A stretch of DNA of 64,000 bases from Kofleriaceae bacterium. Its GTDB lineage: Bacteria; Myxococcota_A; Polyangia; Haliangiales; Haliangiaceae. The first letter of the stretch is position 1. The number at the start of each line of letters is the position of its first letter. The DNA lies in NCBI GenBank assembly GCA_965215005.1, contig CBDCCZ010000040.1:1-64000 (forward strand). Direction: 5' to 3'. Shown here in pieces: positions 18,381 to 29,161 of the stretch. The notes beneath the pieces are model-generated. The model had not been told where the DNA came from and did no database searches. It saw only the letters and a program-made list of their open reading frames with translations. Position numbers and translations under genes: made by a program.

Positions 18381-19067
18381 TTAGTCCTCGCCGCTCCTCA
18401 GGTTCAGGTCACGGCGGGTAAAGAGGTCTTGTTTCGGCCCTTCCTCGGTGGTATCGGGCTCGAGCATGTTGCGGTAGCGCAGCGAATGCTTCACCACACG
18501 AGTAAATGGATCCATGGTCTCGGGAACGATGGGAACGTGACACCACGCAGCGATTGCAGGCCGGATAGGCTGCTGTAGTGAGCCCCAGAAGCGCGCCAAG
18601 GTTCCTTCATCCAAGCGAGTGCCCAGGATGGGATAGAGCTTGAAGTCATCTTCGAACGACTCTCCGCGCAGCCCTCGCTCGCGCGTCAGCGCGCGATGGT
18701 CACACAGGGTCCGCACCACCAGCCCTAGGAGTAGCTGCTCGTCCTCAGGAGTCTGCGCCCAGGCGCTCATGAGGTAGTCGAGGCGCAGCCACAGCCGCCG
18801 CATCCGGGCGAATTCTTTGGTGGTGCCATCGTCATTCTTGACCTGCACCAGCTCACGGGCGGCGTTGCCATCGAGACCTTCGGCATCGAGCGAGATCTGA
18901 TACAGGTACACGCACACGGCCGGCATCTTGCCTTCGACAGCGTCCGGCTTCGGCGCCTGCTCGATCATGTGAACGCGCTTGTAGCCGTTGCGCTTGAATT
19001 CCCCCTGGAACAGCCGCGACAACGACTCGGAGGTTTCCTTGATGATGTGATGCTGTGGCGTTGCCAT
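18381..19067 (-). CDS. DUF4255 / Pvc16-Afp16 family cap (terminator) protein
   Basis: VCVYLYQI..LRLDYLMSAWAQTPEDEQLLLG..RFWGSLQQPIRPAI; first gene of the eCIS operon. Confidence 0.85.
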   Translation of the reverse strand: MATPQHHIIKETSESLSRLFQGEFKRNGYKRVHMIEQAPKPDAVEGKMPAVCVYLYQISLDAEGLDGNAARELVQVKNDDGTTKEFARMRRLWLRLDYLMSAWAQTPEDEQLLLGLVVRTLCDHRALTRERGLRGESFEDDFKLYPILGTRLDEGTLARFWGSLQQPIRPAIAAWCHVPIVPETMDPFTRVVKHSLRYRNMLEPDTTEEGPKQDLFTRRDLNLRSGED

Positions 19068-19458
19068 TGCTGCTGCTCTCAAGATCCGCCAGGCGTTGAT
19101 TCACGCGCACCTGCGAAGGTCGCCCCGTTGCCCTCCGCTGCCCTTCGAAGACGCTGGCCGACCTTCCATCGCCAGCACCTCGCACAGGTTCGAGCACCTG
19201 CAGTCATCCCATCCCTTCCCTGCACCTAAACGACGCCTTCCACCGACACCTCACGATGCGCATCTCGCAACGTTCTTCGCTGTGGCGCTTACGCGGCTGC
19301 ATACGATACCGGCCGACAAATTGGAGCGTCAACGACCTTCGGTCCGGTAGTGCCGGTGGACGTCTTTTTTCCACATCGGGTATGGTCATTCACGTCGCTG
19401 CTCGTCCTTCTGCTGGTTGAATGGACCGTATCGCACAACCGCCGAGAACGTTGTCACG

Positions 19459-19788
19459 GTGCCGAAGTTTGCCAGTCATATATTCGTGTGTACGAATCAG
19501 CGCCCCTTGCAGGGTCGCCCTTCGTGCGCCGCCCGCGGCTCTCTCGACGTCTGCCGGCAACTCGCTCGCGCCGTCGCCACCGACGCGTCGCTGGTCGGCC
19601 GCGTCGGCGTCACCGAAAGTGGCTGCCTCGGTCCCTGCTTTGACGGTCCCAACCTCGTCATCTATCCCGAGGGCGTGTGGTATGCCGGAGTTGCTGCGGG
19701 CGACGTGGAGCTGATTGTCGAGTCGCACCTCCGCCGCGGCATCGTGGTGCAGCGACTCCGGCACGATTGGGTGGATGAGGACGAATGA
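19459..19788 (+). CDS. thioredoxin-like (2Fe-2S) ferredoxin
   Basis: HIFVCTNQR..SC..SGCLGPCFDGPNLVIYPEGVWY. Confidence 0.92.
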   Translation: MPKFASHIFVCTNQRPLQGRPSCAARGSLDVCRQLARAVATDASLVGRVGVTESGCLGPCFDGPNLVIYPEGVWYAGVAAGDVELIVESHLRRGIVVQRLRHDWVDEDE

Positions 19789-21182
19789 GCGAGCAGGATC
19801 GCACGATTTCCTACGTCGAAGATCGCGACGATGAAGAGCGGAGCTTCGTGGCTCCTTACCTAGTTCTGGCGTTTCAATGCACTCACCCCACGGCACTTCC
19901 GCAGCGACTCTCCCTAGCTGAAGTCGAGCACGTCATTATCGGTCGCGCCTCAGTTCGCGGCTATCGGCGATACGTCGAGCGCGGCCGCAACGTGCTGCGC
20001 ATCGACGTGGCCGACAGCTGGATGTCGGCGAGCCACGTGGCCATCACCCGACGCGGGCCGCGCTGGATGCTCACCGACGACGCTTCAAAAAACGGTACCT
20101 TCATCAATGGTGCCGCCGTCGCTCATCGCAGCCTCCACGATGGTGATCTCATCGAAGCGGGTAACACGATGCTGCTGTTTCGCAGCGATGTCGAACGTCA
20201 TTTTAACGAACCACCCGACGTTGGCCCACTCGAGCTTCAGCAAGCTCCCCCCGCATTCGCAACGCTGTCCTCGCCGCTCGCGCGGCAGTTTCACGCCCTG
20301 CAGCGGTTCGCGCCCTCGCGCGTACCGGTGCTGATCTGCGGTGAGACCGGCACCGGTAAGGAAGTCACGGCAAAGGCGCTCCACGAACGGTCTGGGCGTG
20401 ATGGCCGGTTCGTTGCCATCAACTGCGGCGCGATCGCGCAGAATCTCGTCGAGAGCCAGCTCTTTGGTCATCGCAAAGGCGCCTTCTCCGGCGCCGTCGA
20501 TGATCACGTGGGACTCATTCGCGCAGCCGACCGCGGCACGTTACTGCTCGATGAGATTGCCGAGCTTCCCGAGGCTTCCCAGGTCAAGCTGCTGCGCGTG
20601 CTCAACGATCACGAGGTCATGCCGGTGGGCGGCACCAAGCCGATCAAGGTCGACATCCGCGTGCTTGCCGCCACGCATCAAGACCTCGACGAGCGCATCG
20701 AGCGCGGCGAGTTTCGTCGCGACCTCTACGCGCGACTAGCGGGCCACGTGCTGGTCCTGCCGCCGTTGCGCGAGCGCCGCGAGGACCTCGGCCTGCTCAT
20801 CGCCCACCTCCTGCCGCGCATGCTCGAGCAGCGCGCAGACGCGGTGTTTCAGCGGCCGGCGGCGCGGGCTCTTTTTCAACACGACTGGTCGCTCAACATC
20901 CGCGAGCTCGAACAGGCGCTGCGCGCCGCCGTGGCCTTGGCTGACAAGGGGCCCGTTGGCATTGACCACCTGCCAGCGGCGATTCGTCGCGCAGCCCCCG
21001 AGGTCGCGGGACGCCGCAGCACCGGCGCAGAGGACGACGAGCTCCGCGTCCGGTTATCACGACTTCTCGAGACCCACGCGGGCAACGTGAGCGCGGTAGC
21101 TCGCGAGCTTGGGAAAGCGCGGGTTCAGGTGCGGCGCTGGTGCAAGCGCTTCGACCTCGAGCCTGAGGCGTATCGCCGGTAG
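19785..21182 (+). CDS. FHA-domain sigma54-dependent activator (bEBP, Fis HTH)
   Basis: FHA (IGR..MSASH..SKNGTFING), [39 protein letters not shown]. Confidence 0.95.
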   Translation: MSEQDRTISYVEDRDDEERSFVAPYLVLAFQCTHPTALPQRLSLAEVEHVIIGRASVRGYRRYVERGRNVLRIDVADSWMSASHVAITRRGPRWMLTDDASKNGTFINGAAVAHRSLHDGDLIEAGNTMLLFRSDVERHFNEPPDVGPLELQQAPPAFATLSSPLARQFHALQRFAPSRVPVLICGETGTGKEVTAKALHERSGRDGRFVAINCGAIAQNLVESQLFGHRKGAFSGAVDDHVGLIRAADRGTLLLDEIAELPEASQVKLLRVLNDHEVMPVGGTKPIKVDIRVLAATHQDLDERIERGEFRRDLYARLAGHVLVLPPLRERREDLGLLIAHLLPRMLEQRADAVFQRPAARALFQHDWSLNIRELEQALRAAVALADKGPVGIDHLPAAIRRAAPEVAGRRSTGAEDDELRVRLSRLLETHAGNVSAVARELGKARVQVRRWCKRFDLEPEAYRR

Positions 21183-21241
21183 CGCGGCGCTCGCGAAACG
21201 GTGCGAGCGGGGGGCGCGACCGCTTTTTGCCGCCTTCTGCA

Positions 21242-21372
21242 GGTGGAACATCTGGAACTGCCGTTAGACGCGGTGACTCCAGGGGTGGAACACCCACAGC
21301 TGTGAACGCCTACCTCCCTGTCGCATGATCTCGCGACGTTGCATTGGTCGGATCGTCGGCACGAGCGGTGCT
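21242..21372 (+). promoter_or_regulatory. sigma54 promoter with upstream direct repeats
   Basis: CGGCACGAGCGGTGCT (GG-N10-GC, 21358-21371); GGTGGAACA at 21242 and 21284. Confidence 0.6.
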
Positions 21373-21385
21373 GTAGGGCCTTGGG

Positions 21386-22057
21386 ATGAACGCCACGCCC
21401 ACCGCCACGCAACAGCTCGTTCACGACAATCTGAGTCTCGTCTACGCGGTCGCCGTCCGCGTGTTCCGCAGCATTCGGAAGGCCGTCGAGCTCGACGAGC
21501 TCATCTCGCTCGGCACCGAAGGCCTCATACAAGCAGCACAACGCTTCGATCCTGATGAGGGCGCCACCTTCCGAACCTTTGCCTACTACCGCGTCCGCGG
21601 CGCGATCTACGACGGCATAAGTGATGTCGCCCCCCTGCCGCGCTCGGTCTATCGCAAGCGGAGGGCGGCCCTGCAGATGCAGGAGCATCTAGAGCAACGC
21701 GCCCGCATTGAAGGCGAAACCGTATTGCAGTCCGCCGCCTCGCTCTACGACTCGTTGAGCGGCGCCGCCGCCATCTTTGTGACGTCCTGGGACGCACTAG
21801 ACGACGGCGACGGCCCAACCGCCAATGACGCTGCAGCCGATCCTCATGAGCTGCTAGCGCTCGCTCAGCTGCGGGCTCGCTTGGGCGGTGCCATGGAACG
21901 ATTGCCGAAGCGCGAGCGCCACCTCTTGCGTCGTCACTACTACGACGACCTAACGCTCCTCGAGGCGGGCCGCGAGCTCGGTATCTCCAAGTCCTGGGCG
22001 TGTCGAGTACACGCCCGCGCCATCGAGATGCTGCGAAACCAGTTGCAAGCGATGTAG
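21386..22057 (+). CDS. FliA/WhiG-like (group 3) sigma-70 factor
   Basis: ELISLGTEGLIQAAQRFDP..FRTFAYYRVRGAIYD; region 4 LPKRERHLL..LLEAGRELGISKSWACRVHARAI. Confidence 0.9.
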   Translation: MNATPTATQQLVHDNLSLVYAVAVRVFRSIRKAVELDELISLGTEGLIQAAQRFDPDEGATFRTFAYYRVRGAIYDGISDVAPLPRSVYRKRRAALQMQEHLEQRARIEGETVLQSAASLYDSLSGAAAIFVTSWDALDDGDGPTANDAAADPHELLALAQLRARLGGAMERLPKRERHLLRRHYYDDLTLLEAGRELGISKSWACRVHARAIEMLRNQLQAM

Positions 22058-22121
22058 CTCAGCGCGGCGCCCGCGAGCCGAGGCGAGAGGGCAACCAACG
22101 CGCGGCTGCCGCTCGTAGCGA

Positions 22122-23003
22122 TCAATAGGTGAGCAGCTCTTCGAGGTGCGCGCGCTCCCATGCCCGCGCCTCTGCGTACGCCTCGTACTTGGCCTCATCG
22201 GCCAGGAAGGCCTTGGTATGAAACTGCCGCCTGCCGTTGACCACTTCGATCTCGTGCACCTGATGCAGCATTTCGTGAAAGACGATCCAGGCGACGAAGT
22301 ATCTCGGTACGAAGGCGCGGTCGAGGGAGCGGTGGATGCGAATGAGTCGATCTTCTACTGAATACGACCCCATCTTGATGCTGTTGCGCCGCCGCGGCTT
22401 GGAGCATCGCTGCCCCCACGTGATGCTCGCGTCGATGCGGCCGAAAAAGTATCGCCGATTCAAGTCCTCGAAGATGGCCTGGAGGTCATGGCAACGGCCT
22501 TGCGTCACCAACCGTGGTGCTAAACCGCGACGGCTGCGCGCCCGCACCTGGTGCTGATTGGCATCGATGAAGTCGCCGAGCACTCGAGATGCGTCGCGAT
22601 CGTTCTTGGAGATGTAGCGTGCGAGCGCACGCGTGACCTCAGGGTTGGCCACGGCAAACATCTGATGGAGCCGTACTTTGTAGTGCCGTCCAGGTTGGCG
22701 CTCGCGGCGAACCGAAATCATCGTATAGCGGTTGTCGGTGAGCGTCACCGTGAGCGCGCCCCGCGGCAAGTGCGCGCGGATGCGACGCTCTAGGCGCAGC
22801 TCCGTCTGACATCGCTGGACGTGCACATCGCCGTCCTCGCAGGCCTCGAGGCGGGGCAACGCCGCCGGCAGCCGCCGTGGAGCTGCCGAGGCCGCGCGCG
22901 CGGCAGGAACGTCCAGCGGCGTGAGAAGCTGGCTCGCCTCCCCGCTGGGGCTGGATGCCGACCGAGGGGCGGTCGGAGTCGAAAGTCTCGCGACAGATCT
23001 CAC
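22122..23003 (-). CDS. SprT/YgjP-like zinc metallopeptidase
   Basis: HDLQAIFEDLNRRYF..IKMGSY..IRIHRSLD..IVFHEMLH..HTKAF. Confidence 0.8.
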   Translation of the reverse strand: MRSVARLSTPTAPRSASSPSGEASQLLTPLDVPAARAASAAPRRLPAALPRLEACEDGDVHVQRCQTELRLERRIRAHLPRGALTVTLTDNRYTMISVRRERQPGRHYKVRLHQMFAVANPEVTRALARYISKNDRDASRVLGDFIDANQHQVRARSRRGLAPRLVTQGRCHDLQAIFEDLNRRYFFGRIDASITWGQRCSKPRRRNSIKMGSYSVEDRLIRIHRSLDRAFVPRYFVAWIVFHEMLHQVHEIEVVNGRRQFHTKAFLADEAKYEAYAEARAWERAHLEELLTY

Positions 23004-23156
23004 CTTCTCTCCTCAACCGTGGAGCAAGTCGATGCGATGCGCACGCCGAGCGACAGCCAGACGCGCGAGGGGACGGGAAACACGGCACCGGGGAAACGAC
23101 GCAAGCCGCCTCAACCGATGTGCGAATGGTAGCAGCGGGAACCCCACGGGATCAAA

Positions 23157-23178
23157 TTATCCACAACCCTGTGGATAA
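23157..23178. promoter_or_regulatory. pair of perfect DnaA boxes in inverted orientation
   Basis: TTATCCACA-accc-TGTGGATAA. Confidence 0.75.
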
Positions 23179-23548
23179 ATAACCAGTCCGCAACCCCTGG
23201 AAAGTCATCGAGTTATGAACTGTTGCGGCGTGGCTAGTGTGCCCGCGGCGGCGCTCCATGACCCGCCGCCGTCGTCCCTTCGGCGGTCCGCGCGAGGCGC
23301 TCGCCGCGGGGGGTTTCGAGCACGCCTACTCGGGATTCGCGGCCGCTCTATGCGGCGCCGAACGCACCCGCAAGCGGGGGAAATGTGACGACTATCCTTG
23401 TGGGTCAAGAAGCCTTGGGTTTAGCGTGAGCGAATCGGTTTCTGCAGCTCGTACGGACTCGTCGCATCGTAGTGGGGTAGACGGCGATACGAGTCGAGCA
23501 GGACCCGCCACGGCCTTTTTTCAGCCATACCAGGAGGCACTAAGACAG

Positions 23549-24890
23549 ATGCGCGCATTATCGAGACTAGGATCGACTCTATGGATTTTGAGCTCTTTGA
23601 GCTTGCTCACCGGCGTTGCTGGTTGTGGTGATGACGACCAGCCCGCCAATCCCGACGCTCGGCCCCCGGACACGACCGACGCAGGGTCCGGCGAGGCCGA
23701 CGCGGGCCCGGCTGCCGGCCCCGCTCGGAACGGGCGCCTGGCGGTAACCGAGCTGCGGATTCTCAACGAGGATCCCAACACCGCCAGCAACGTCTGGAGC
23801 GGTGCGTTCACCACCATCGCTTTCGAGAATCTAGCCGACTGGATGCGCGACAATGTCGAGACCGGCGGCACGAGCCTGAACAGCTGCGCGTATACCATCA
23901 TCGGCGAAGGCGGCCAAGCGGCGCCGTTGGCCGACGAAGGCGTCCTCGAGCTAACCGGCACTGGACACAACTTCGACCGGGACGGCGATGGCATGGAAGA
24001 TCCCATCACCTGCACCGCCAGCACTCCGGGCAACAACTATGTCTGCGTGGTCGATACCGGTGAGCACGCGGTTGGCAGCACCGTTGCGCCGGGCCAGTTG
24101 CCAGGCACGACGAACTACAACTTTGCCGGCGTAGACTTCACCGGAGTGCCGGTCCGCCGGCATGTATCTGCGCGTCGGCGGGTTCCAGGACGCGGTCAAT
24201 AATGGTGTGTTCCCGATTCTTGGTCCCGGTCCAGACGCCACTCCAGGATCGCTGCTCGTCATCAATCCCGCCGCAATGCCCGCAACGAGCCTCGAGGCCG
24301 GCCCCTACTCGCTGCTGACCGGCCAGGGTCCGATTCCCGCGGCGGACGAAGCGACCGCCTTCACCGGGTTCCTCGATCCAGCCAATGCTATCACCATCGA
24401 CAAAGCAGCCGGCGCGATGATTCCCGCGTTTCAGCTCATGCTCAATCCTCTGGGGGCAGGCATGCAGCTAGCTCCGGATTCCGCCGATCCTACCGCGTTC
24501 GATCTAACGGCGGATGCGGTCACCTTCTCTTGTGGAACTACCTGCGGTGATGGAGAGCCGATTGACAGCTCGCAGCTTGCCGCGCTGGTCGTCTCGGGAA
24601 CCGCGGTGGACGGCGATCTACCCAATCCAACCAATGCGACGCTTGCAACCAAGCTCAATCTCGACCTCGAGAACAGCACCAAGATGCTGAGCTTTACGTG
24701 CTCTGCCGTCGGCGGGCCGGTGACGTTGAGCCAAGAGTTACTGACGAAGCTGAAAGAGTTCAATCCCACCCGCCTTCGTATCAGCGTCGTACGTGCGTCC
24801 GCCGCGTTGTCCGTGCCATCCACTAGCGTTATCGCCGGTCACGGTGTGCTCGGCATTACTGACTTCCCGCCTGCGCAGCCGGCTCCGTAA
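23549..24890 (+). CDS. uncharacterised lipoprotein (frameshift near 24150)
   Basis: RBS AGGAGG; signal MRALSRLGSTLWILSSLSLLTGVAG-C; continues in ORF 24162..24890. Confidence 0.75.
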
Positions 24891-24920
24891 GGGACGGCTC
24901 GACTCCATCTAAGGAATTGC

Positions 24921-24955
24921 GAAGCGCCTGGCCTCGGTCGGGCGCTTCGTAGTTT
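24921..24955 (+). terminator. probable terminator hairpin between convergent genes
   Basis: GAAGCGCCTG..CGGGCGCTTC followed by gtagttt. Confidence 0.55.
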
Positions 24956-24974
24956 CGGCGTTGACGTCGGTCAG

Positions 24975-25343
24975 CTACGGCTGCGACGGCAGCCAACCGT
25001 AACGGTCAAGATCGATGGTACCGGCCTCGGTGAGCACGATGCCTTCCTGCTCGAGGAGATGGCGCTGGGTCGCGGCTCCCACCGGGTCGTGGATGTTGAT
25101 CTGTCCGCGGCGCCGCCCGCGCTTGCCGATGACGCGCTGCCACGGAAGCCCAGATGCCGGTTCGGAGACCTTCATCGCCGCGCCCACCACGCGCGCACCG
25201 CCCGGGATGCCGGCCAGCTCCGCGATCTGGCCGTAGGTTGCGACCGCACCGCGTGGGATGCGCCGCACGACTCGATAGATTCGCTCATACAACGCCCGTA
25301 CTCGGGCGGCATCGGCGGAGCGAGCGCAGGAGCTAGACGGCAC
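24975..25343 (-). CDS. alkyltransferase-like (ATL/YbaZ, MGMT family) protein
   Basis: IPRGAVATYGQIAELAG..ARVVG..LPWQRVI (Trp replaces the catalytic Cys). Confidence 0.9.
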   Translation of the reverse strand: MPSSSCARSADAARVRALYERIYRVVRRIPRGAVATYGQIAELAGIPGGARVVGAAMKVSEPASGLPWQRVIGKRGRRRGQINIHDPVGAATQRHLLEQEGIVLTEAGTIDLDRYGWLPSQP

Positions 25344-25370
25344 GGCGGCGCCACGCTACGACATGCGCTC

Positions 25371-26036
25371 ATGCAGATCCAGGTGCTTTACTTCGCGGTG
25401 TTTCGCGAGCGCTTGCGGCGCGAGTCCGAGGTGCTCGAGCTCCCCAATGGCGCCACGGTGGCCGACGCCATCGCCGCTCTCGCCGACCGTCACGAGGTGG
25501 TGCGAGCGCTGCGCGGCCGGTTTGGCGTTGCGGTGAATCAGACGATGTCGCCGGTCGCGACGACGCTGGCTGACGGCGACGAGCTTGCGCTCATCCCGCC
25601 GGTGGCCGGAGGAAGCTCAGGGCGTCACGCGTTGCTCCTTGACGAGCCGCTGTCTCTCGAGCGCTGTGTGGCAGCGGTGACGTCCGAACGCGCCGGTGGA
25701 GTGGTGACGTTCACCGGTGCCGTTCGTTGCCATAGTGGCGGGCGAGCGGTGGCCTATCTCGAGTACGAGGCCTACGCGGCCATGGCGGTCAAGATCATGG
25801 TGGCCCTGTGCGACGAGATTGAACGTGAGGTCCAAGGCGTGCGGCTCGCGGTCGAGCACCGGCTTGGGCGGCTCCAGGTTGGTGAGCTCGCCGTGGTCAT
25901 CGCGGCGGCGGCGGCTCATCGCGCCGAGGCGTTCACCGCGTGTCGAGCGCTGATCGATCGGCTGAAACAACGAGTTCCCATCTGGAAAAAAGAGGTCGGT
26001 CCCGATGGCAGTGAGTGGGTCGGCCTCGGGCCGTAG
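25371..26036 (+). CDS. moaX: fused molybdopterin synthase MoaD-MoaE (MoaX-like)
   Basis: MoaD ([21 protein letters not shown]) in frame with MoaE (FTGAVR..LEYEAY..HRLGRL..HRAEAF..PIWKKE). Confidence 0.88.
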   Translation: MQIQVLYFAVFRERLRRESEVLELPNGATVADAIAALADRHEVVRALRGRFGVAVNQTMSPVATTLADGDELALIPPVAGGSSGRHALLLDEPLSLERCVAAVTSERAGGVVTFTGAVRCHSGGRAVAYLEYEAYAAMAVKIMVALCDEIEREVQGVRLAVEHRLGRLQVGELAVVIAAAAAHRAEAFTACRALIDRLKQRVPIWKKEVGPDGSEWVGLGP

Positions 26037-26160
26037 ACAGATTTTCGGCCTTTTTAACGCAACCGAGGGCAGGGTCCGCCGAAAGCATCTCCAAGCGCGC
26101 AGCTTACGCGGGCCAGGAGGTGGGGTTTTGAAGGAGGTCAAAGAGACGCTGTCGGTGCCT

Positions 26161-27531
26161 ATGGCGGATTCCTCGGCGGAATTTCGGCCGCGACGCGCGC
26201 AGATCGTCGCGCTGCGAACCACGCCGGACAAGCGCGAGCTAGAGCTCCCACGGGGGCGTAGACGGCTCACGATCGGCTCGCATCAGGATTGCGACCTCGT
26301 CATTGCCGACCCCTACGTATCGGCAATGCACTGCCTGCTCGAGCGTCGCGACGACGGCACCACCATCGTCCATGACCGCGGCAGCAAGAACGGCACGCTG
26401 CTCAACGGCAATCGCGTCGAGGTCGCAGAGGTCACCGCTGGCACGCTTCTGACGCTGGGACGCACCGTGTTGGTCGCGCTCGGCGCCTCTGGCCGTACTC
26501 GCACCACCGCATTCGAGCAGCTCATCGGCGACGATCCGGGCTTTCGCGGCGCGGTGGACATGGCGATTCGGGCCGCCTCGAGCGAGTGCAGCGTCCTCAT
26601 CGCCGGCGAGACCGGCACCGGCAAGGAGCTGGTTGCGCGCGCGGTTCACGACGCGTCGCATCGCGCGGCCGGCCCGTTCGTGCCGATCAACTGCGGCGCG
26701 ATTCCACGCGAGCTCATCGCTTCAGAGCTGTTTGGTCACCGCCGCGGCGCTTTCACGGGCGCCGACACCGACCGTGAAGGGGTGTTTGCAAAAGCGCACG
26801 GCGGCTCGTTGTTTCTCGACGAGATTGGCGAGCTTCCACTCGAGCAACAGCCACACCTGCTACGCGTACTCGAGAGCGGGATGATCCGACGAGTCGGCGA
26901 TGAGTCCGAACGCCCCGTCGAGGTGCGTACAGTAGCGGCGACCAATCGCCTCACCGGCCTCGGGGAAGAAGGTGCACGCCTGCGGGTCGATCTCTACCAC
27001 CGACTGGCGACGGTCGTGGTCGCGTTGCCGCCGCTGCGCGAGCGACGCGGCGATATTCCCGCGCTGGTCGCTGGCTTCTTGCGCGAGCTCGCCGCCACGC
27101 ATGGCGAGCGCCGTATAGCTCCCAGCACGCTGCGGCGGCTCATGAACCACCCATGGCCCGGCAACGTCCGCCAGCTTCGCCATTCCGTTCACCGAGCCAT
27201 CGTCCTGTGTCCCAACGAGTTGACCGCTGAAGCGCTCATGCCCACTCCTCCTATCGTTCTCACCGCGGCGGCGGCACGCGAGCCGCACCGCCGCACCTTG
27301 GGCGTTGCGCCCCCGCCGAAGGAGGTCGGCGCCATTCCCTCTCTTGCCCAGGCCTGCCACGCCACCGTGACCGAAGAGCTGCGCCCCTACGAGTTGGTCC
27401 TGCGCGACGCCATGTGCGATGCCCTCGCCCAGACCGGCTCGATTCGAGCTGCCGCAGCCGCCATCGGCATGGCCAAGTCGACGTTCGCCGATCGCGCTCG
27501 CCGCTACGGCATCGAGACCAAGCGTCGCTGA
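26161..27531 (+). CDS. FHA-domain sigma54-dependent activator
   Basis: FHA ([17 protein letters not shown]), [30 protein letters not shown]; start uncertain. Confidence 0.93.
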   Translation: MADSSAEFRPRRAQIVALRTTPDKRELELPRGRRRLTIGSHQDCDLVIADPYVSAMHCLLERRDDGTTIVHDRGSKNGTLLNGNRVEVAEVTAGTLLTLGRTVLVALGASGRTRTTAFEQLIGDDPGFRGAVDMAIRAASSECSVLIAGETGTGKELVARAVHDASHRAAGPFVPINCGAIPRELIASELFGHRRGAFTGADTDREGVFAKAHGGSLFLDEIGELPLEQQPHLLRVLESGMIRRVGDESERPVEVRTVAATNRLTGLGEEGARLRVDLYHRLATVVVALPPLRERRGDIPALVAGFLRELAATHGERRIAPSTLRRLMNHPWPGNVRQLRHSVHRAIVLCPNELTAEALMPTPPIVLTAAAAREPHRRTLGVAPPPKEVGAIPSLAQACHATVTEELRPYELVLRDAMCDALAQTGSIRAAAAAIGMAKSTFADRARRYGIETKRR

Positions 27532-27740
27532 GCCATCCATGTGGTGCAGCTCAAGCTAAGGCACAGCCTCGACCGCCATGCGCTGCAAACGCGCGATGAT
27601 CCAACCGCGCCCTCCCCCCGGACGTGCGGTGTGGGCGCGTCACAATCACAAGCGACTGGACGGAAGCCTCGACGCGGAGCTCCCCGGGGTGGCGGGTGCC
27701 AGCCGCCGTCGCAAGGCAACGGACTCGAAGATACGTAGCG

Positions 27741-29160
27741 CTAGAGGTCCTCGCCCTCGTAGCCGGTCGCCTGGTTCTCATAGTCGGAATCGGCAGGAGG
27801 AATCTCTTCGAGGCGGCGATCGTTTTCGACCGAGTCGTCGTCGTTGGGCGGCTCGCCGGAACGAGGCGGGGGAACCTCGCCGGCGCGAGGCTCGTCGCCG
27901 GGGTCGAGGTCGGCCGGGGCGACATCATCGTCGCGCCGCGGTGGGACCAACCGCTCCCCCTCGCCCATGGAAGCACCCGCGCCGCCGGCTCCGTCGATGT
28001 CTGGCTCCGTCGAGGGTATCTCGGCGGGCGGCGGCTCGTCCGGAACGATCTCGATGGGCTCCGGCTCTTCCACTTCGTCCTCGCCTCCGCTATTGAGCTC
28101 GATGCGGGGCACCTCGCGCGCCGAGTTGCCGGTGAGCGAGGGCGCGCCGTTGTCGCCAATTCCCGGCGTGCTCACGCCGCCGCAGCTCTGGGCGGCGCGG
28201 AACTTGACCGCGCTGAGCTTTCCAACCATGCGAAGGTTGGTGTACCCATCGGGACTGATCGGCACCCCCATCAACGCTTGCACGTTGCCGAAGTTAGGCT
28301 CACGCACCTTGAGCGCGTCAGACAGCTTGAAACGAACGCACGCGGGCATGGTCGAGTCGCCGAGCTTGCTGGCCAACAAAATCTCGCCATCGACGAGCAG
28401 CTCGCCGTCGGCCGAGGTGGCCGTGAAGTTCTTGATATGCCCTTGCCTTTGACGATATCGATCTCGCCGCTCAAGTTGCCGAGGTTGAGCTTGGGCACCG
28501 TGATGCCTTCGGAGGTGAACATCGCCCGCCGCCCCCGCGCCTTCGACGCGCTGCCTGGCTTGACCTTGGACTTGCCGTCGCCAATCGTGCAGCTTGGACA
28601 CGATATCTTCACGTAGCCATCCGCCTCGCGCCACTCGTTCTTGGGCAGCTCGAGCGCCAGCTCCGCGTGCAGCCCACCCTCCATGGGCAGCCCCAGTGCC
28701 GCCGCCAAGCCCGGAACGTTGCCAAGCGGCAGCGAATCGGTCTCGAATCGGGTGGCCAGGCCCGCCTTGCTCATCCGCACGTTGCCCTCGATAGTGCCGC
28801 CGCCAACCACCGCAACGAGATCCACGTCGGTGGTGCCGGTGAGCAGCGCAAATAGGCCGACGTCGAGGTTGAGCTCCTCGAGCCTGATCTCGGTCTTTTC
28901 TTCGTCCGGATCCGTTGGGCGAGTGACCACCACCATGTCGCTGATCACAAAGGAGCCAGGCAGCCCAGCGGGCGAGATCTTGCCGATGTCGACATCGTAC
29001 TTGCCGCGCACGGCGTTCTCGATGCGACGCTCGAGTCGCTGATACGGAAACGTGAAGTGCACCGTCAGATGAAGGTGAGCAGGCCCAGCACCGGCAAGCC
29101 CACCCACGTCAGCAGCCGCTTTTGCTTCTCGGTCAGCTCGCTTGGCCACGCGACGCGCAT
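27741..29160 (-). CDS. gspN: type II secretion protein GspN (frameshifts near 29066 and 28440), acidic Pro-rich tail
   Basis: N-terminal TM, then FTFPY motif and beta-rich body; last gene of the gsp operon. Confidence 0.7.
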
Positions 29161-29161
29161 C

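Noticed and set aside
1..19067. Prophage or T6SS
   Set aside because: No capsid, portal, terminase or integrase and no TssJLM/ClpV; DUF4255 and an Afp7-like gene indicate eCIS.
23157..23178. Chromosomal origin of replication
   Set aside because: Only two boxes, no clear unwinding element and no origin-associated genes; kept only as a DnaA site.
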